Below are positions 55,872 through 64,000 of a stretch of DNA of 64,000 nt, one piece after another; the first letter of the stretch is position 1; each line of letters starts with the position of its first letter. The notes below the pieces were generated by a model that did no database searches, had not been told where the DNA came from, and worked only from the letters and a program-made list of their open reading frames with translations. The stretch is taken from assembly GCA_964016885.1 (NCBI GenBank), contig OZ024764.1, positions 22,196,001 to 22,260,000 on the forward strand. The letters are read 5' to 3'. Source of the DNA: Eledone cirrhosa (lineage: Eukaryota). A program made the position numbers and the translations under genes.

Positions 55872-57427
55872 ATTATGTCTATTAATATTGTAGATTTAAG
55901 CTCACTTTTCACATCACAAATATATATTTTCTTGTTTGTTTCATTACTGGAAATATAAAATGTTATCGTAATTATCTATATTTTACCTACCTCTAATTAA
56001 TTAAAGTGAAAACTTTTGTTGTTGCTGAAAAATAAATTAACAAAACTAAATATTTAAATATTCTAAAGGTCGTTTTTATATTATGTGATGATATAATTAA
56101 TATATTTTATTACAATTGTATAAATTTACAGTAGAATAACGTTGTAAATATGTCTTAAATATATACATAAATAACATAAGTGTGTAAATAACATTATAAA
56201 TTGTGGGCAATTCCTTGAGAAAGACATTACAAATATATTGTCTAAACTCTGTATAATAATATAATTTATTGAACAGTAATGATAAAGGAAAGAAAAACAC
56301 AGTGGGAGATGGCAATTGACCACCAAGTGTGATAATAGGCCACACCTCACACCTTAGGGGTTAACTACACACTTTGAGGCAAGCCAACACACTGGCAGCA
56401 TTACTAAGGTGTTGAAATAACCAGGTACCCCCACGGGTATCACCTGACACCTCGGTAAGGTGAGGCTAAGGGGCTGAAATAACCAGGTACCCTCACGGGT
56501 ATCACCTGACACCATGGTAATGTGAGTCTAAGGGGTTGAAATAACCAGGTACCCTCACGGAAACGACTAGATTTGTAGAAAAAGTAGGGTGAAAGTATAC
56601 GAAGAGATGTAGTTTCACAGATCTACTCACACCTCACGTTGGGTGGGAAATAATTATTTTTCTTTGATTTTTTTCTAGACCCCTTTTCAATATTTTCTCT
56701 GAACCCCTTAGATACTTGCAATAGACGTTTTATTCCCCAGTATTAGGGTTAGGGTTTCCGTTTTCAGGAAGAAAAGTCGATTGCAAACATCTGAGAGGTC
56801 GAGAAATAAAAATAAGGAAAGGTAATTATTTCCCAGCCAACTGGAGAAGTGTGTAGCTCTTCTAAACTCTGATAATCCTGTCTCCCACTTCTTTATCTAC
56901 AAATCTAGTCGTTTCTTGCTACTTTGAAGGCCCTATTTATTGATAACACCACTTGTAAATCTTTGTCAACTTTTCATACGTAAATTGTGAATCAGTTATT
57001 TTTAAACAAACTATCAAAGAAGTGAGCTCACAGTAACTGTGTTTGATTTAATCAACTTATTCCCCCCAAACATTGTCGACCTTGTGTCTAAATCAGAAAC
57101 TATTATAAGATCTTAAATCAACCTCGTAAAGATGAAGGGCAAAGCTAACCTCGGCGGGATTTCAACCCTTTATGTTATGAGTTCAAATCCCACCAAAGTT
57201 AAATTTGTCTTTCATTCTAACGGAGTGGATAAATTAAAGTTCCAGTAATCTACTGGGGTCTGAGATATTAAGGTTTGAGTAGATTCTATCTTTTTGTGTG
57301 TTTGTATTTATAATCTTACTAGAACACCTGTGACCTGTTGGGTCACGTTCCCTTTAAAAATAATATTTAAATAATTAAAATATACACAGACATGTATATA
57401 ATGTAAAATGAAATTAGTAGGCCTATG

Positions 57428-57462
<35 letters not shown>

Positions 57463-60400
57463 GCGTGTGTGTGTGTGTATATATATATATGTGTGTGTAT
57501 ATATATATATATATATACACACACACGTCACTTGTTCTAATTTTATAACTTTGTTCAACAGCACCACCAGCTATCTCTCTCACACACACCCATTATCTTT
57601 CTCTCTCTATTTATAAAGGTACCAGAAAAACCCCATATCTCGGGAACCTGTACATTGATTTACGTGAAACTTATTTTATCCCATTTGTATTCCCATTTCA
57701 GGGTCAACTTCCTTTCAAACTATTTTCCCATTATGCCCCGTTTTAGCTGTATTACATTACAGACAAGACACAATCACAGAGTTTTAGGTTTATAATGTTA
57801 TAGTATCATGATAGGGTAATACAGTTATTTATAGACCTGTGGTAAATGTTGGTTCAGCCCACCCTGGGGGGTGTTAGTGTTTTATCAGTCTACCCTGAGA
57901 GGTGTCAGTGTTGGTCAATGATAACCTTTATAACTAGAGGCCTGTTGGTGAGGACAAGCTGGAAGTGGTGACATCTTTCTGCTACCTGTGTGACATGTCA
58001 GCTGGAAGTGGAGCCAAGTTCACTGCCATCGTGCTGTGCCACTCCACAGGTAACAAGTTTAGGCAGCTTCTCCTAATCCTCAAGACATGCTGGCTACCAT
58101 TAGACACCATGGGTCAGATTTATAACACCTGTGGGAGAAGTGTGTTGTTTCATGCCAGCGAGATCTGGGCCATGTTATCTGACTGTCTGAATTGACTCTG
58201 AAGAAATGACAGAGCTATGATCCACTGGATGTGTAGTGTGACCATTGAGGATGATGTCAGCTGAACTGAGCTCTTAAAAAAACTGCTGATCGACAACCTC
58301 AAGGATGTGTTTCACAGGAGACACATGCACTGGTATGGCCATGTTGTGCATTCTCTCTCAACTCATCTATGCTTGGTCGTTGATGCACATTGACATTGCA
58401 CATCCAACGAAGCATACTTGCTTCATTTCTCTCCAGCCATCGCATATCCTCCACAGTTGCTGTCCATGTCTCACTACCATGCAGCATCACACATCTGACG
58501 CAGGCATCACCAGCCATTCGTTCTTAGAGAGAAACCCTTCTTTGTCAACAGAGGAAGCAGCTCCCTAAACTTCTTCCAACCCGTCCTTATTCTAGATACT
58601 ATGGCTCTGAGCACCCTCCTCCCATGCTAATTTGATCACCTAGATACCGGAAGCTATCAACCACTTCTATAGAACCTATCTGCATTGGAAAAAATGTGTC
58701 TATCACTGCAACTTCTACTGTCAAATTTCCCTGTACATCTACTGCATATGTAGTTTTCCATACCTGTTAGTTTGCCTGCTATCCCACTACATTTCTTGTG
58801 TACCCAAAATCTGCATTGTGTACATTATAGAATTTATGCCAGTTCCTTTTCTACATATTGAACAAGGCCATTTCCCTGATGGAATGACAGTTTTGTCCTC
58901 ACTAAACTCCAGTTTTGTTCCTCTCTAAACTCCATGCCTACCCTCACTTTACTGACAGCCTCTCTATACATAGCTTGCACTGTCCTCACAAACTATTCCT
59001 CTACACCTAGTTTCCTTAGGGACCACCAGATGACAGATTGGGGTACTCTATCAAAGGCCTTCTCTAGGTCAACAAAAACTAAGTATAGTGGTTTTCTTCT
59101 TTAAGAACCTCTCTTGTAGTTGTCTCACTGAGAAGAGGGCATCTGATTGACTCTTTCTCTAAGTTGCGCTAGTATTCTTTCTGTCACTTTCATAACCTGA
59201 TCCATCAGTTTTATACCCCTATAATTACTCCCCTCCAGAACATCCCCTTTACCTTTACCTCAATTTATGAGAATACTGCTGCACCAGTCTTTGGGTATGA
59301 CACCACCATATATAGCTTGATTAATGATGCATTCAACCAGTTTAATTCCTACTTCTCTTGATGCCTTCAGCATCTCAGCAACTATCCCCAACAGTCCAGC
59401 GGACTTACCATTTTTCATTTCCTTAATTGGACCCTATAGTCATCAATCTCAATAGCTGGTCCTTCTGTCAGGTCTACTGAATGTAGCTCCCCTCCTATTC
59501 ATTCTCCACATTCATCAGTCTCTCATAATGACATTTCCAGGCCTTCTTTTTTTTGAGAATCAGTGACACTAAGTGCACCAACATCCTGATTTACACTGAC
59601 ACACTGCCTTGCAATGTGGATCACCGCACATCTCTGATCTCCCCATCGCAGGACATTGGCAAACCTTCTACTCTCAGCTTCCCTGCATGTTAAGTAGGCC
59701 TGACATCTAGCTTCTCTCTTAGCGGCTGTGAATCGGTCTCTACCCCTACCATTTTTCCAAGCCTTTTGTCTCTAATGGCTCTATCTACCGTGCTGTTCCA
59801 CCACCAGGCCACCCTTTGTCTGGTTGGAGCTCTGCTCCAGCCACAAGTTTCTTCAGTAACCTGCAGTAAGTTGTCACGTAAGAAATTCCAGTTATCATCT
59901 ATGGCATATGACTCTAAATCGTCTTCTTTTTCGTCATACACATCTTGAAGGGCTTTCCTAAATTTATATTTTAGTGAAAGGTCTTTTAGTTTCCAGTCCT
60001 TCCTTTTTCAAACCTTCTTGTATGTCTCTCTTTGTCTCTTGCTTACTGAGATGTCACTAACGACTAACCTATGTTGGGGGGTTACATTGTTCCCTGGGGT
60101 ATGCCTTAGTATTTGACACCATCTGTCTCTCTTGCTACTTAACTAGCAAGAAGTCAATCTGTCTCATGTGCTCACCTGATTGGTAGGTTATTAGGTGGTT
60201 GGTAGGTTTCTTGAAGTGTTGCAAATGGTTAGTTCACTTGCATCACAAAATACAAGAAGCCTCACTCTTTCTTCGTTTCTTGAGCCATAACCATGACCAC
60301 CATGTACCCCAGTATATCCATCCTGGAACTGTCCAACATGACCATTGAAGTCCCCTGCTATTATAACTAGGTCTCAAAATCTCATAGATTTGATATTATG

Positions 60401-60748
60401 AGAGATAAAGCATTTACTGTGAAAATATAATAGTATATATACAGTAATGTGAATACTAAAGGGTTAATCTGATGTCACTAATAACTACTTTTATCTGTCA
60501 GTTTATTCTAATGTCACTAATAACTACTTTTATCAGTCAGTTTAATCTAATGTCACTAATAACTACTTTTATCAGTCAGTATAATCTACTACCACTAATA
60601 ACTAACCTATGTTAGTCAGCACATTCTTCACCAAAGAAGGCCTTAGTATTTATTACAGTCCATTTATCAATATAGAAATATTATAGGAAATTTGTACTGA
60701 TGTATTACAAGTTTCTGACTATCTTATAATGTTCTTTTATTATTTCAG
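55866..60748 (+). other. Putative 5'UTR intron of ZNF D
   Basis: Donor 55866, acceptor AG 60747-60748. Confidence 0.55.
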
Positions 60749-60941
60749 AATACCAGAGGACATTGGCATTAAAGAGCACGTTACATCAGACATATCCTCA
60801 ACATTAACCATTTCTAATGAAATACACTAACCATCATTTTCAAATAATTTTGAAAACACTCAACACTTTGAAGTGATTTAGTAATATAACTAAATTTCTC
60901 AGTATTAAACTGTGAATTATGTGAGAAACTGAGGTGATTGA

Positions 60942-61991
<1,050 letters not shown>

Positions 61992-62934
61992 CTGTGTCAA
62001 TATCAAACTCATTACATCATACTACAACAACAATTGTGTAGATCCATCATTCTTGCTAAAACTGGGGTCAACCTTGTAGGTTTTACCTAGGACAGGGATC
62101 ATAAAACCAGTTTTCCATTTTTGAAGCAGTGTTTGAAGATTTTGTGTAAATTAAAGTTTTTCTCTTTAAACTTTCATTTATTATACTTTAACAGGTAAGA
62201 TATATATTTGTATTTTTAGTAAAGGTTGGGAACTTCTGTAATTTAAACCTGCCAATAAAATGAAAACTTTTGTTGTTAGTCAGACATTGATATTAATTCT
62301 ATTGTCCTGTACATTGTCTCAAATATCACAGATTAAACAGATTTTAACAATAACAACAGAAATCAATAACTTGTAAGCCTAATATCTAGCTTCCATTTTA
62401 ACTATTTGATATTGTTGTTCCTCTCCTGCCTCTTCAGGTCTTTTAGATTTCAACTTCTATCTACTGTACTATTCCATCACCAAGGCAACATTCATCTGGC
62501 TGGCAGCTTACATCAACTACAGATCTCCAACCCTTCTTTCTCCAGATAGTCTTGTATCTGTCAGTCCCTCTATATCTTATATTTAACAGGGAGATCTTTT
62601 ACTCTCCAACCCTTCTTTCTCCAGATAGTCTTGTATCTGTCAGTCCCTCTAGATATTACACCTAGTATCTAGTCTATGTTGAGTGGTACGTCCTTCTCCA
62701 GTAAAGGAGTTAATATTCCCAACCATCTGTCTATCCTGTTTTCTGATGAGAATGAAGTCAATCTAGTTTATCTCTTCACCTGATTGAAGTAACTAGATCA
62801 AGTAACTAGATGTTTTCCTGTAAGTTAGTGTTGCAGTGTAAGGTTTATATCTATTAATATAGAGATGTAGTAAAGTTTTCACTGTTGTATCTCTACTTTC
62901 TAAATATCTTAATAATGTTTCTCTACTATTTCAG

Positions 62935-63301
62935 AATATCACATGACCTTGACAGAAAAGAGTCTTTTAAAGACAACAGAAAGATGTTACATACAAGTGA
63001 TATAAACTTGTTTAGTCTGTGGTGAATTATGGTGAAATATTTCTTCTGAATTGAGATAAATAACAACATATTCCTTTTTCACTGTCTGGAATATTTACAA
63101 GATGATTTTACACTCTGATTAAACTTTGGATATTTACAAAGGAGTTTTCAAAATATTTGGATTTGACAAAGATCACATTTGATAAAATTATGAACAATAG
63201 AAATATTTACATCAACATAGGAATATTTTCCAGAAGAGATGAGAATATCATTATACCACTGTAATATTTGTGGTAAAGTATTCTCTCTTCTTTATATGTA
63301 G
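62935..63301 (+). pseudogene. Truncated ZNF exon copy
   Basis: 63239-63301 MRISLYHCNICGKVFSLLYM*. Confidence 0.7.
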
Positions 63302-63381
63302 AATATCTAACTAAACACTTTAACTAACAAACTATTGTGCTATAGAATTGACAAACTTGAGGAATGTTTAATAAATGTTAC

Positions 63382-64000
63382 TGATAGAGGGACCAGCAGT
63401 GTTAGTCGAAGGTAGTATAATAAGTAAGGCAATCAAAGATATGAAGACGGGTAAGGCGGCTGTGCCTTCGGAAATAGTTGCTGAGATGCTGAAAGCCTCC
63501 GGTACGGTGGGACACACCATGGTCACCCGGATAGTAAACCAAGTCATACAGAATGGGGTTGTTCCGAAGGACTGGCATAGCAGCATCATCGTTAACTGTT
63601 ATAAGGGTAAAGGAGACGCCCTAGATAGGAGTAACTATAGAGGCATTAAATTAATCGACCAGGTCATGAAGGTCACGGAAAAAGTAATAGTGCAACTAAT
63701 CAGAGAGAGAATTGATCTAGATGAAATGCAGTTCGGGTTTGTGTCAGGCAAAAGTACCACAGATGCTCTTTTCATTGTACGACAACTACAGGAGAAGTAC
63801 CTAGCTAAAAGTAAACTCCTATACTTAGCTTTTGTCGACTTGGAGAAAGCCTTCGACAGAGTCCCCCGTTCCATTATCTGGTGGGCTCTTAGAAAACTAG
63901 GTGTTGACGAATGGCTTGTGAGAGCCATACAAGCCATGTATAAAGAAACAGTCAGCAAGGCTAGAATTAACAACGAATATAGTGAAGAGTTTAGCGTAAA
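63382..64000 (+). mobile_element. Young 5'-truncated RTE-clade LINE, RT frame open to window end
   Basis: Manual translation from 63381: ..KAIKDMKTGKA..YKGKGDALDRSNYRGIKL..MQFGFVSGKSTTDALF..AFVDLEKAFDRVPR.. with no stop; interrupts AATAAATGTTAC|AGATTTC seen intact in other units. Confidence 0.9.

Overview
AT-rich animal genomic DNA, inferred to be coleoid cephalopod (Octopus-like) from the [10 protein letters not shown]...[11 protein letters not shown] finger style and the repeat content; not prokaryotic. The window is a head-to-tail array of a ~12-15 kb segmental unit (approx. 1-15210, a truncated copy 15211-21572, 21573-33420, 33421-48550, 48551-62520, and the start of another at 62521). 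Four units end in an intact single-exon-CDS, effector-less poly-C2H2 zinc-finger ORF (A 13697-14560, 10 fingers; B 31762-32793, C 46873-47904, D 60960-61991, 12 fingers each). Each unit also carries an 80-bp minisatellite, a truncated 'ghost' ZNF exon, a ~48-bp minisatellite, one decayed hAT (Buster/Charlie-type) transposon with the same 8-bp TSD, RTE/CRE LINE fragments and a 39-bp VNTR; most carry a Helitron-like element and a fold-back MITE. A, C and D have a putative promoter and non-coding first exon, which is deleted in front of B. The strongest signal is that flanks and dead transposons differ little between units while the finger arrays are rewritten (finger order, number and DNA-contact residues). 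This suggests rapid, recombination-driven diversification of DNA-binding specificity. Gene structure calls are motif-based and identities were judged by eye.
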